A DNA stretch of 62,039 nucleotides, the filler included, from Sphacelaria rigidula (Eukaryota): the NCBI GenBank assembly GCA_964200075.2. It is 11 parts of 11 records of this genome, joined end to end, with 100 filler letters (N's around TTAATTAATTAA, not from the genome) between each part and the next. Parts side by side here need not be neighbours in the genome. Positions count along the whole stretch, not along the records: positions 45,193 to 50,741 come from CAXNAA020026424.1; positions 50,842 to 56,390 come from CAXNAA020026425.1; positions 56,491 to 62,039 come from CAXNAA020026426.1; 8 more parts are not named here. One strand, written 5' to 3'. The notes below the pieces were generated by a model. That model was given only the letters and a program-made list of their open reading frames with translations. It did not search any database and was not told the origin of the DNA. Position 1 is the first letter of the stretch, and each line of letters starts with the position of its first letter. This document shows positions 48,691 to 62,039 of the stretch, piece after piece. The position numbers were made by a program, and so were the translations under genes.

Positions 48691-49949
48691 TTTTTCTAGA
48701 TAAGTTATCAAATTTAGGAGAGCTCCCAACGGCCTATTATTATCAAGATCTGCTTTTACTGTTTGATATCTCATTACAGCCATGGTGCTGATCTCGTCAT
48801 TTGCTTGCCTTCGCCCGCAAAATAAAGGACAGGATGATGCCGCCTGCCCGTGAAAGGCGTTCAAAACTGCGGTAAACATCTGTCTCGTAACCTCCTTGTG
48901 AAACGGGGGAGCAGTCGGAAAGGCGAGGGCGTGATCGACCGGTCCGCCCGGAATGTAGCAGCAGCACACACAAAAAAGAATACCGATTGTAGAAAACTCC
49001 GTGCAAAGAGTGCAGCATGCTTGCTTTCCGTCAGTTGTATGCGTAGATATACCCACTACAACACCAGCTATAGAATTCACAGATAGTACGGTAACGTACA
49101 TACGTAGCAGCACAGCAGGTAAGCAGGTAGCTACTGGATTGTTTCTTCTTCACTTCGAAAGTATGTATGCCCGCAAACGACGGCCACCGTGCTTGACCCC
49201 AACAGCGCCACCATCGTTGCCGACGCACGCACCATCTAAAAAGATGGACACCGCCAATCCACGGTGCGTTTTACTCTACGACATGGTCTGAAGGTTTCTG
49301 ATGACTCTCACGCGATTGCGAGCGCTTCGCCGTGCGCACAGAGCAGCGCTCCGAAGTGTTGCGCTGTAGTCCGAAGTGTTCAGACTTCTCCTAACGTGGA
49401 GCTTCGTAGAAAAAATCAAGCCGCTTCATTTTCGGAGAACGCTAAGTGCCGGGTCTGAAAACGCCTAAAATTTCAGGGATCTACGAAAAAAAAATTGTTG
49501 TTGTTGCTGTCTTCACATGAAAAGCCATTCCGTTATCTGCGCGGTGCATCCATACTTGGCATCTGATGCGGACGTCTTCCGTGGTGACTGGCTAGCTACC
49601 TGTATATGATAAGGTATGAGGAAATCAAACAAAAAAACAAAAGCAGACCCAGAAGAATACACCACAGACGCGATACAAGCGAAACAGGAATAAATAATAA
49701 AGAAGTGAATAAGTATGGCTAACTTTAAAAGATCCGGTGCCGCAGGTGGCCATTCGGAGTTCAGGGGGCGGCGCCCGACTGTCCACCTCGACGCGCGGGG
49801 CCAAGTAGAAATGGACATAGGGTCAGACTACGGGCCAAACTCACAGCCCGAAGACCACAAACCAAAGAACTAAGAATTACAAGGTTCGATCCTTCAACCT
49901 CCCGAGGAACAGTCGTACGTACAAGCATACCAGATATATCATGATAAGC

Positions 49950-50685
49950 ACCGCATGACATAACGACACCCCTCATCGGGGGAGTTCACCCCGCACCCCC
50001 CGTTCTCTTGATCGTCGTTATTGCTGTGTAGGCTTCGTTGGTATCCCGCCCAATCGCACGCAGCCGGCTGGCCTCCTCCTCGTTTCTGTGTCATGCGGTC
50101 ATGAACCTCTCCGCTCCCTGCAGCACTCCCGCGTGCCACGGCATCCCCCCTCCTTATTCGCTGCTGAGGACCAGAGGACGCGGTCAATCCCGAACGTCTG
50201 ACGGTTGCCGTCCATAGAGCCATCTGTGGCTCCAAAAGCTTGGAGATCGTCCATCAGGCACTTCAGCCAGTTTTGTTCCGGGCACCCTGGTCCTGGATCC
50301 TCCCCCCCCAACTAGTGTTCCAGGAGTATATCCCCACTAGTGTTCCGAATGCTATTCGCTTCGGTAGTCATCAGTCCGGTTGTCTAGCCAGGGCTTCCGC
50401 GGACAGCAGCGCCGTTGCCGGACGATGGCTTCGGTACTTTGGCATCCGATCTTCTTGAGGGCCTGTGCATGCCAAAGTTGTCGGTATGTGCCGTACACTC
50501 GGCGGTACCCGATGACTCGCAGAGGGCTTCGGTAGTGTACCTTTCGAAGCAAGCCGTAGTGTTCGCGGCGCGGGGTCCACGTCATGCACCCGTATAGTAG
50601 GGCCTTCTTCGCCTCCGCTTTCAGCAGTCGAACGTTGAGTTTCCAGAGTGCTTTCGGTCGGTCAAAGAGCTCCCGAGCAATGCTA
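49950..50685 (-). mobile_element. RTE-like LINE 3' fragment
   Basis: LNVRLLKAEAKKALLYGCMTWTPR..LRVIGYRR..EAIVRQRR; NWLKCLMDDLQAFG. Confidence 0.85.
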
Positions 50686-50841
50686 CGGTAGGGGTGCACT
50701 TTTTTCGCGAAATTTTTTCTGGTTCAGAGGCTCCTCACGATNNNNNNNNNNNNNNNNNNNNNNNNNNNNNNNNNNNNNNNNNNNNTTAATTAATTAANNN
50801 NNNNNNNNNNNNNNNNNNNNNNNNNNNNNNNNNNNNNNNNN

Positions 50842-50906
50842 GGGGGGCGTGGGCAATGGTCAAACGACTAAGGCAAGCAACAAATGAGTACCCCCCCCCA
50901 CCCCCC
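50842..50906 (+). mobile_element. LINE family A 3' end with C-tract
   Basis: CAATGGTCAAACGACTAAGGCAAGCAACAAATGAGTAC+C-run. Confidence 0.8.
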
Positions 50907-52169
50907 GCGCGTCGTCCCGCCTCCGTTGTTAGTCTCGGTGAAGATATATACTGCATGTATGTAATACCACTCGAGCATGGCGTCCGGATGAAACACCAGC
51001 CTAACGAATGTGCACTTCTGCCGTACAAATGTGCGACTATCCTGTTGTAAACTGGCTGGAGATTTCCGCGCATGTACATACCGCATCACCCTTGATTGTC
51101 GCAATCCCAAAACTCATTGTGGAAACTGGTCAATTCTCTCCACACGCAAGAGTCTGCCGATTCTGTCTGTTCTGTCGGAGGAGCAGATCATGTATCGACC
51201 GGTCACGACGGGATGTTGCCGATGATACAGCTACATATCGGTGTCATGAGCACCATCGCTGTCGAGAACACGGAGTCCGAGAAGGGATATGTCTCAAGGG
51301 GTGTGATCACACCGAAGCATTCTTGGATATCCCATATTCACGCAGGCTCAGCGTTTTCGGCAACAATGAAATTTCGTTCAGCACAAGCGGCATGCGTCTA
51401 CACTGATGAACAGGCGTCCCCGGGCGGAACGACGCCTGTCACACGTATGTATTAATGTACACTTTCGGACTGTACACGGCAATACACGCACTGGAAACAA
51501 GCAGAACGGAGGATAGCAACAACAGCCCGGCGAAAGCCGTAGCGAATAAATCACATTGCACGCGATTTGAGATGCGGGAGAACTGCTGCGTGCGTGACCC
51601 CATCCATGCCTGTGAAGGCGAGCAAATGTGACAACAAACTCAACGAAGTGATGGCATTTCAAGCCAAGGCGGTACATGCGCACGGGCAACAACAACGCAC
51701 ACACAAGATCCCATATGCGGTGGTACTAGCTTTCCGTCAAAACATCTAGTTTGCACCACATAGCGCTGGCCGGAGACAACAAGCGCCCGGGAAGCACCCA
51801 GCTCCGCAACCGACACAGAGGACCAACACAACGCCAAATTACCATTTTGTCCTCACCTGACCAGTGCTCTCGCCAGAACAAACACAACGGACGCACTGAA
51901 TGAAAAGGAGCAATTAAGAGTCACACCAAGAAAGTAGATAACGCACTTTGCACTCGACCATCACTGCACTCAAACGCCGACCCACGACAATCCCCAACAC
52001 GATAAATATATACTGTATAACGTGACACGTCAATAGCTGATACCCCGAAACTGAAGCGGACCTTGGAGGATTCGACGCTGAGAGCAACTTATATTCCTGA
52101 GAGAGCGCACAGACAAAAACATATATTGCGGCTTGCAGGCGCGGAGGACGTGGGAAAACATAATATTGC

Positions 52170-53000
52170 CTAATATGGATAAAAAGCCAACAGACTAAAG
52201 CTCAAAGAAATAGGCGGGGTAGAAAGTTGTACAATGGAGAATCGATAATATGGATATGGAAGAAAAACAGCAAGAGTTTCAAGGGGAGATGGCCAAAAAT
52301 GCAGTGAAATTTTCCGAGCTGTTGGAGCGCGTAGGTACAGTGACAACACTAGAGGTCCTGATGGAAGTCGATAGAGCGCTGGCAAGGGGAGTCGCCCTCC
52401 TCGGAGTNNNNNNNNNNGGGGGGAGAGTGACGGGGATGGAACCCCCACGACTAACTTTTGTGACGGTTTGAGAGACAACCAACTAGACTACTGACCAGCC
52501 ACGAGCCACCAATATTTCCAACAAAGTGAAGGAGTGGATAGCTAAACTCGAGAACAAAAAGACAGCAGGGGCAGACGGAATGGTGAATGAATTCCTGTAG
52601 TATGAATTCCTGGAGTGCGGGGGAGAGGAAATGGTTACCATGATAAAAAAAGGAGACAGGGCTGTCCCAGGAAATTATAGAGGGATAACGCTACTGAGCA
52701 CGGTAGGGGAAAAATTATTTAAGACTCTGAACGATAGAGTAGGAACGATGCTAGAGGCGGAATAGATCAGCGAGAGGCAAGCAGGATTGGGACCAAACTA
52801 AAATTGCGTAGACCATGCGTACACACCAGATAAGATTATTCAGGGTAGGAAAGACACCGGGCGGACAACGTACTGTTTCTTTCTAGACGTGCAAAAGGCT
52901 CATGACAGTGTGGACCTAGTTGGCTGTGGAAAAAGTTGTGGGAAGCTGGGATAAGAGGAAAGATGTGCAGAATGGGGAAGAAAATGACAGAATGTGCCGA
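52170..53000 (+). mobile_element. LINE family A internal fragment (pre-RT and RT N-terminus)
   Basis: Homologous to 32430-33740. PGNYRGITLLSTVG..SERQAG..FFLDVQKAHD with stops. Confidence 0.85.
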
Positions 53001-55825
53001 AAAGAGAGACTATGAGGTCGAAATTTATGCCGAGCTTTCACTGGAAGAGCCCTGGGGCGCTGACGGGGTAGCATTGCAAAGTGAATGCTAGGAGGGCTCG
53101 AAATATTCGGACCAACGTTGCGCAGGAAGAAGAATCGCAATTTGTAATATATCCATACCTATATCTGAACAGGGCAGGTGACACCAGTCAATACTCGGGC
53201 TGAATGGCCTCACTCAAAATTTCTGCGATGGAGTTAGGGGCTCAACTTCTTGCGAGATATTTTTTGTCATTTTTCCAATTTCACGAAGTGAATTTGGCTT
53301 CTGTTCACGAGGTGAATTTGATTTATGCTCCGGGTAAAAATTCGACTGACCGTTTTTTGCGACTCGATTTTTGCGACATGTTATTTGCGACTCGATTTCT
53401 GATACTTATTTTTGCTCGATTTTTCCACTCTAAAAAGCCAATTGATTTCGGTTTTTGGGGAAAAACTTTGTCAAACAGAAAACAAACGCATATTGCTCCA
53501 AGGGGCACCTGGATACACAACAGTCGTTGCTGCCTACATAGTATCATCCTCCAGATCGAAGTCTTGAGTGAGAACGCCCAGCGTGCAGCTGCTTGACGCG
53601 ACCACTGCGTTCTGCCACGGACCCTTCCCCACGTACCCAAAAAGAGGGCAACATCCCTGTACAGACAGTAGCAATGCTAGCGGATCTTACGTTCTGACAG
53701 TCTGGCAGGCAGCCGGCAAGGTGGTGCTGGTAGTGTCCTTCTAGTGATATCGACTTACAGTGTACTGGAGCGGAGTTTGCAGGTGAATATTTCGGCGATT
53801 GCCTCACCTGCAGTTCGCCCAGATGTTGCGGATTTTTTCACGATCTTACTGAGTAACATCCATACATTTTCGTGTGGAAATGTACCAGGCGGTGGACAAA
53901 GATTTCTACAGTCAGTACAAACACGATGTTAAAAGTGTACTGCGCACAATGTGTTGTGTGTGCTATCGTCCCATCTCTATTGGGCGCCGGTCTCCACCTT
54001 TTGGTATATGTGGGCGCACCAGCCGCTGCTGTGTTACCGTACAGGTTTGCCCAAGATACATACAGCGGCGGAGGCGGCCTTTCTCTCCCCCGTGCGCCAC
54101 CTGGGGTAAACGCACGCTGTAGCTGCAACACGGACAGCTTTACAGATTGTGGTGTAGCGATATCCCGCGTACACGTTGGCCGCAGATACAAGCGGCTGCG
54201 TTCATGATGTGGCGGACTGCAGAATACAGCACGAAATCAATGCAGGACAGGGATAGGCTAAGGATGTCACGTCCTGTGATGTGCTTTGTCACTCCGCACC
54301 CTGCCGCTGTGCAGTGAGCAGGTAGTACCACCGAATGCGTCACGCTGCGGTTGGTACGCAGTGTCGAACACAGCAGTAAGGAGCGTATTTTAAATACATG
54401 GATGTGTGCTTTAAGACCGATGCGCACGCACACACACAGCAACTACTCTCGCCATCATCCATCGATCAAGGTGGTACCCCCCCTCTCAAATAGGGTACCT
54501 GCCCCCCCCCCCCCCACTCCCCTCCTCCGGCCCCAGAATGACGTTTGGGTGACCTGGGGGATGGTGGTGCCGCCATTTCCCGATATGGGGCCCCTCGGCC
54601 CAGCGTGCAGCTGCCTGACGCTTGACGCTGTCTCCTGTCTGCCCGAGAAACAGCAGTTTGCAACTTATAGCCCATGGCATACCGGGAAGCAAGTCCCGTA
54701 CGTGTACTTGAAAACAGGCGTGGTAGTGGCTGGGACTAGTAGTGCGGGACGACCTAGCGGGAATTTGCCGGGAAACAGCTCGCGTCTCAGGGCCGGCTTG
54801 CTGCGGATCCTTGCGAATGAAAGGCGACGTCGATAACACAAACACAATTTATGCTTCGATACAACTTCACGCTTGCGTGCAACGACAAATCACCATGCCC
54901 CGGGTGCGTGCGGCAGACCTTCATTCTAGATCCACTTCTAGCAAGGGCCCAGCCGAGACCACTCCGGTTTTACCGCCGCGATCCAAGACCGCAACGTCAC
55001 CAACACCGAATTTTTTTTTTGGAAGCGCCCTGGACACAGGGCAATCTATTTCAATGAATAAAAAAGTATTTACATTTTTCGTTACTTGCCTCTACGAGCA
55101 GGGGAGTACCGTTCGAGTCAGAGTCGGACCTTCGACAGCAAGGGGCCTACAAGACGCCTGACATGCTTCTGCAGGTTCCCATGGCTGTGAGGGGACCCAA
55201 AAACGAGGTATATCTGTTTGCAGGACGGCTATGTAGACACAACCTTTCAAAGGCACGTCGGGCAGTGTGTACCCGATATTTTGATGTTGTGAAAAGTGGA
55301 GACCCGACCTATGCCTACAGCATTAACCAGCCCAGTGCTGTTGTTTCCCTTTTCAAAGCCCACACAAGTCATTGTAACTGATTGCAGCCGGGCGCTGTGC
55401 GACTTTCCAAAATACCACAATATCGGATACACCCCCACCCGACACACACCCTTGCAATCTTTCGACAAAATGGGAAAGAAGTGTAAAGAGCAAGTAAAGC
55501 AAGTACAACGCGACTTGAAGAACCAAAACCCTAAAGAAAAAGAAAAAATGCGTGAAGTTGTTGAAGCCTTCCTTTCGTGTGTGTGCTACGTCGACCCTCG
55601 CAAACCCCCTAATTTTTTCTCGTGCTTGTTCACGTTTTTAACGGCGTATATACCGGGTTATCAGGGGGGAACGACGCATCCGCTGGGATACGAAGCCTAA
55701 ACACTTCCGCGCTGCCCCGGCGTAGGATGTACTGTAACCAGTTACCATAGCTTTTTCGTGTTGCTCTTCTCCAGTTATTGCCGCGGCCCAAATTGCCGCG
55801 GTGTTTACAGTTTCCATGTGTCCGT

Positions 55826-56097
55826 CGTGACACTTTCTACGATAGCCCCCCCCCAAAACCAGCTAAAAGTGTCACGAAAAAGATAGCCATACAGCGCCTN
55901 NNNNNNNNCCTGATGTCCGGGTTCAGGCTGCATGAAGCGCCTCATATTGGCGACATTGGCTAGAACGACCCCAAGCGTGGGAATTCCCAGCTTCTCGTTG
56001 TGCTCGGCTTTTCCCATTTCGATTTTTTTTTACGTGAAGATTTCGCCTCCCAAAACCATGGACTTTTGGGGGGGGGGCTAACATAGAAAGTGTCTCG
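55826..56097. mobile_element. MITE-like element; related copy at ~35440-35665
   Basis: Inverted ends CGTGACACTTTCTA..TAGCCCCCC / GGGGGGCTA..TAGAAAGTGTCTCG. Internal GAAGCGCCTCATAT..GCGACATTG is shared with 35590-35617. Confidence 0.6.
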
Positions 56098-56202
56098 TGT
56101 CGCCGTAGTGTGCCGGTCGGTAAAAGTAGTACATCTGTACTGTGATCTGCGCAGTCTCACGTACTTTCAAAACACGAACCTATAAGAAATGGTGTGAGCA
56201 GT

Positions 56203-56310
56203 CGCCGCCGCGCCCCGGTGGTCTGAAATAAAATGGTCCAACTGACACCGTTAGGGTGGAGAGAACCCGGCTTAGATTCCCGCTACATGCGTTTTTTTTT
56301 TTTTTTTTTT
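56203..56310 (+). mobile_element. SINE tRNA-like head; similar head at 9688-9775
   Basis: GCCGCGCCCCGGTGG..AATGGTCCAACTGACAC..GGTGGAGAGAAC..GATTCCCG, matching 29672-29745. Confidence 0.5.
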
Positions 56311-56819
56311 ATAAGGTTTGTGGTTTATGTTCTCCTTTGGAAGTGTGGGTATAAGTGTTGGCGGTGTGTGTGGTTTTACTGAGTTTGGTTNNNNNNNNNN
56401 NNNNNNNNNNNNNNNNNNNNNNNNNNNNNNNNNNTTAATTAATTAANNNNNNNNNNNNNNNNNNNNNNNNNNNNNNNNNNNNNNNNNNNNCGAAGTTTTT
56501 CCGACTGTGTTTCATCCTCAACAAAAAGTACTATCCTCAACATAGATGATTCCCTGTTAGATGGGCACCCTCCCCTTGATTAGACGATTAATACGGTATG
56601 TGGATCACGGCCCAACTCGTCTGTGTCGAAGATATATTGCTTTTAGAGCTTAATTCCGTTTTTAGGCTGGCCCAGCTCGCAAAGTCTTCTGATTTTGTTC
56701 TTCACCGCTTATCGGGGATCCCAGGGTCCTAGGAAGTGTTTTAATTTTTTTCTTCCAGGTTTTATTATATTATTCAACGTTCAAGATCTCGTGGATGTTT
56801 GCGATGATATTCTGTTATT

Positions 56820-58760
56820 AATAGATTGCTCTGCTTCGCATCGCACTTCCAATTTTCCTATATCCTTTCTTATATTGGAATGGAATGGAAAAGGGACAGA
56901 AGAGACAGACGCCCTCAGTGAAGAAAAGCAAGAACGGCATACAAGCAGAAGAAGGAACGGAAAGAAAGTAAGGGCCATAGATTGACGATGACAGTTCTTT
57001 CGCGCATCACACCACGAAAATTTCAGACACTATCGTTCTAGTCCGAGTGACGTCCTTCCACGTGTACAAGGGCGCGGCACTGAAGACCGTATACCACTGT
57101 ACTGTATTGGCAAAGCACAGCTACCTACTGTGCTCGCGAGTACAGCCCGCCGTGCTTGTAACCTTAACAAGACAAAATAACGATCCACCTTCACCTTAAT
57201 GATGACCGATCCCGCGTCGTATGTATGTTTTAATTCGAGAGCCCACGTTTTTAAATCTGCGGCACGATACGGAAGTTCGCAAACAAAATATAGCCTTCAC
57301 GTAGTCAGTGGTGATACCCTCTGCATCTGCATCCACCACTGTCATGTACGTGCATCTACATGTGGCCTCGAACCCTACAGTGAGGACGGTGTAGCACTGT
57401 ACTGTATTGGCAAAGCACAGCTACCTACTGTGCTCGCGAGTACAGCCTGTGCTTGTAACCTGGCGCTGCTGTATTGTTTGTGCTTGCAGAGTACAGCCCG
57501 TGATTGCAACGTGGCACTACTGTAATGTCTGTGCTTGCAGAGTAGAGCCTGTACTCGGACATGCAGTAGTACAAGGTCACGAGTACAGACTACAGCTGTG
57601 CCGTGTTTGCGAAGCACAGCCTATACTTGTAATATCGTACTGTTCGCAGAGTCCACGGCCTGTTCTGGTGAAAACTCTTTTCTGCTGCAACACCCTGGCA
57701 CTGCATGGTACTACTGTTGTTGTACCAGAAAGTATACATCGTACAGTATGTATTGTGCCCATCATTACCAGAAAAAAAATTCATCCACGGCACCGACGGA
57801 TGATGAAAAAAAATCCACGACCTGTACTTGTGAAAACTCTTCCCTGCTGCAATACCCTGGCACTGTATCGTACTACTGTGCGATCCCGCGTCGTTTTTTT
57901 TCAATTCGAGAGCCCACGTTTTTAAATCTGCGGCACGATACGGAAGTTCGCAAACAAAATATAGCCTTCACGTAGTCAGTGGTGATACCCTCTGCATCTG
58001 CACCCACCACTGCCATGTACGTGCGTCTACATGTGGCCTCGAACCCTACAGTGAGGACGGTGTAGCACTGTACTGTATTGGCAAAGCACAGCTACCGACT
58101 GTGCTCGCGAGTACAGCCCGTGCTTGTAACCTGGCGCTACTGTATTGGTTGTTTTGCAGAGTACAGCCCGTGATTGCAACGTGCCACTACTGTATCGTCC
58201 GTGCTTGCTTTTATCCTAAAACCAACTCGAAAATTTCCTGTGAGCACGCCACGATTGGCAAAAAAACGCGGTGAAAGGGGTAAGTGTGTTCAAACAGAAT
58301 CGGTCAGCACATCTTCCACGTTCTTACCGTTTCCCTTGAATAGTGCGGATATACTGCACCGCCAGGGTACTGCTTGCACCCGTCAGCATGACGGCTGCTG
58401 CCGTTGGCATCGGCGCCAGCGCTCGCGGCCACGGCAAGATTAGTTTTGCAACAAGAGAAGCTGATGCATACTGTTGTATACAGTCCGTCTTTAGGTTCTA
58501 AAACTTAAAAACACTGCAGAACTGCCGTGTTGTCTGGTGTTCAGCGTAGTACTCTGCGCTTCATATACCACTGCAGAGTTGTCTTGCGCTGAGTGTACTA
58601 CTCTGTACTCCAGATAATGGGGTCATCTTTTGAGCGGTTCTTGAAAAGTTCTGTTTGTTTTTTTAAAAGTTCTCGAAAAGGTTTGCTCGTTTTTCCGTCA
58701 AAGAAATTCAATACCGGATCTGGAATAGCCTGAGAGGACAACCGATTTGAAAATTGGAAT
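56820..58760. repeat. Complex repeat, copy 2
   Basis: Same unit at ~57292 and 57963. Same flanking exon-like blocks. Confidence 0.9.
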
Positions 58761-60278
58761 AAGTAGGGTGAAAATCGTCCTTTTTTTCACTATACTTACG
58801 AAGTAGATATTTGGCGTTAAAAAAAAGGTTATATTTCCATGTAAGGGTTTTGATAAAAAAACGGAGGTGTGAGCCATCTTAATAAAGTAGTGACTGCATT
58901 TTTGGGACCATGAATAACTAGCGAAAATAAATCGAGATGACCTACTCATTAAAAAAAATATCACTGTCATGGAATTTGCGTGCCAGCTTTTCAAAGTCTA
59001 TCCCCTTGAATCAGCGTTAACGATCAGTGAATTCTAGGTGATGGGCGCGAACCAGCTCGTACAGGAGGTATGTTTAGTACGCGAAGTGGTCGGCAATTAC
59101 TTAGTTTCCATGCTCGAACATGCTTTTTTGTGGTCGAAATCTCACGCCAACCACGAGCGCAGCACCAATCCAACGAATATCGAGAACCCTGGGGGTGGAT
59201 ATACAGTGTGTCAAAGTGTACGTTGTTGGCAGAGCTCAACTCGGCGCTGAATAATGCATGGGTAACGTTTCAGTTCCGAGCATGCCGACCAGTATAGCGC
59301 CCAGATATGGAACTTGAGTCTGGTGGAAAATAAATTTTCAACTGAAATTGAAAAAAAAAAAAGACGCCGATTCGAAATATAAAAAGGCGCATCCGCATTG
59401 TCAAAGAGAGCCAACATTTTGGCCGCCCAGGTGTGTCCATCTTGCCTTGACCCGGCATCATTTTCACCTGAGACATGACTGCGTCAGACTCCGGTATCCG
59501 TCTGCCGTCGCTTAAAATGCTGACGCCCCCGGTGGCTGGCGTTCCAAGGACGAAAACACTCATACTCAGTGTATAATGATACAAGTGCTTGACCGTGGTG
59601 CACAGAGGGCCGACCCTTCGAGCACTGGCCCTTCGAGCGCCCGCAGACTACCTGGGTCTTCCAGTTTCTTTCAAGTGAACATAACCCTTCACCGCCCATT
59701 AGAGCCAGCAGGACGCATTCTTTAAAACCTTCCCTCCGCGGAGGGTTCAGGATCATTTTCCGCCATCTGTTACAGGTGGCCATGCATGTCCGAAGGTGTG
59801 CAATAAGCACGTACACACTGCAGAATCATGCACGAACACGACTGAACACGTGAAATGCTTACTCCTCATATCGTGACAAAAAGGCAAAAATGCCATCTTT
59901 TCCAAACACTACTGCCAAGCGCACAGTCATATTAGCATTCATTTACGCCTACGAACGAACAACCGCCCTCCGAAAACCTCGCGGGACTGTGATGACAACA
60001 AAGATTCGGAACAGAAATCATGAGCGTTCACGGGGCCCGTCAATAAGACACGGGTTCCAAACGGGTCGATCTCCATGTGTGATATTAGCACACCCTGGAT
60101 GAGGACTGAAGATTACATTATCAACAAGTGTACTGTCTGCGTGCAGTACCGACTACCGCATATCTTGCAATAGTGGACTTTGGAGTCCATACTGTACACA
60201 GTACCCTTCTTGACAATTCCATCTACTCTTTTCATCCAGGGCGTGGATTTTAGTGGATTCATCTCCATCTCACCTTAA

Positions 60279-60438
60279 CTCTTTCGAGACCGGACTCCCA
60301 CTCAACAGGGATGAGGACCTGGTCTGCACGCGACGTCGGTTTGTGAATCGGCATCATTTTCAGTCGTTTTCAAGTGAAAATGATGCCGATTCACAACGGG
60401 CCCTAACCCCCGGTTAGTCCACTTCGGTCCCAAAAAGG
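60279..60438. mobile_element. piggyBac-type MITE, 160-bp family; partial copy at 45651-45729
   Basis: TTAA on both sides, CTCTTT..AAAAGG ends, shared palindromic core. Confidence 0.78.
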
Positions 60439-62039
60439 TTAACCACGCTTCATGTTCTTACTTTTCCTCTTTGGCACGGTCAGGTACAGCGGTACGCGAC
60501 ACTTGGCTACACGAACGAATGAAGGATGACGCAACTCCAGGCATTCACCCATATATGGGTGCACCCAACTTTTACTACACACGAACCACCGAGGAACACG
60601 TTACACAGCTGATCATCAAACACATCCGAGCCTCTATGCAAAATATATCAAACACGCCAATGTGCACCGAGCACATCTCGAAACACCCGCACGTACCGTG
60701 TAATTCGAGCAGAATCTCAAACCCCGGGGGCAAACCACCCGTTCTGTGTTTTGAGACGTGTTCGGAGATTCCGGCCCCCCATTTCCCAGCGTCCTTACAA
60801 GATGAACATTTCTCAAAGAGTTCTTCAATACCGCGATAATATACGCGGCTGGATCCTACACTGACATGCCCACAAGAAATTCATCAAATGAACACAGCTT
60901 TCAAGTGACACTAACTGGAGTGCAAAGAGTTTTTAACCGCAGGTTTTGAATACGGAGACGAGAAAAACGCAGGGTAAGAAAACGAAGATAAAACATTTCG
61001 TCATGACCTTATCAAATACCCATGGAACGCGCACGTGTCGGTCGAGCGATACCGGATTTGTAACCACATGTACTCCTCCCCCCCTACCCCCCTTCTCCCC
61101 GCTCCCGCTCACGCCGGCAAGCGTTGGCTATCGAAACGATTTCGAAGTCAGACTATTTCACATTTTTATACACACGAAAACTACACCATTTATCGCTGCT
61201 GCTGCACTGTACACGGAAGAACAATCTTGAAAAAGACATCGCAGATGCACAGAAGAGTGGCAGTGCAGCACGCACAACACAGCAGTTTCCCCTCTAGATG
61301 CACCGAATCAGCCAAAGCACCCAATTCACTGGCACGCAAACTACCAGCGTATATACCGCGTATCCACTCATTCACCACTCAAAAGCCTAAAATAAAACGA
61401 CTTCCAAAATTCAAGTAAAATGAAAACCGATGAAGAAGCTGACCAACACCCGGCGTCCCGGCGCCTGTTACCCCAAAAGAGAAATTGAGCTCAGCCTTTT
61501 TAATCTAAAAAGAGAGGTCTCACCTGAAAAATGGAATCTTCCTACGCTGCACGTCAATGACGAGCAAAACACGCGCCAAATGCACGCGACAACTGGGGGG
61601 GGCAACATACGTGCTGCTAGTCCAACGAGCAGCATTGAAACGATTGCCTCGCGACGGGTATGTTCACCTTTCCAAACAGCCCATGCGAATAGCCCCCAAA
61701 AACACGCCATATCAAGTACCAACGCCACCCGTCATCGCCTTCGCCCCCCGGCGGTGACATGTGCTCCCTTTCTCCCTCTTCTCGTCTCTCAACATTGTGG
61801 CATCCCCTGCAGGGTTGCGAAGAGGCTCGTGGCATTTCACGCAACAGTACAGCTTGGAACATCAAACTCTCAAGCGCCGATATTGTTGCATGAGCAGTTC
61901 AGAGTACCAACACCAAAAACAGGTGCCAGCGGGAGGAGTATAGACACCGGCGAACATGAAAAAATCGGGAAAACTTGTCGCGGTCAATACTGCCCCCCCC
62001 CCCCCCACCCCCCCCCCCCCCCCCCCCCCCCCCCACCCC

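Noticed and set aside
61468..61865. Possible exons at the end of the last scaffold
   Set aside because: No recognisable domain or consistent splice chain
61994..62039. Terminal poly(C) as a LINE tail
   Set aside because: No LINE 3' motif precedes it, and it may be a contig-end artefact

Overview
Eukaryotic, intron-rich, transposon-dense DNA, most likely from a brown alga (inferred from gene and TE style). It is not one locus. It is 11 scaffolds of exactly 5549 bp joined by 100-bp N-TTAATTAATTAA-N spacers, so adjacency across spacers has no meaning. Host gene fragments are: six spliced C-terminal exons of cobalamin-dependent methionine synthase (with a GC-AG intron), two protein kinase exons, C2-domain exons and ankyrin-repeat exons. 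Mobile DNA includes a decayed Ty1/copia element, RTE-like LINEs, a second LINE group, a hAT transposase tail, TTAA-flanked piggyBac-type MITEs, TIR elements with minisatellite arms and tRNA-derived SINEs. The most interesting signal is a pair of related LINE families. Their ORF ends a few nt before the 3' end, and they terminate in and insert into C-tracts rather than poly(A). Two empty-versus-filled site comparisons within this window support this.
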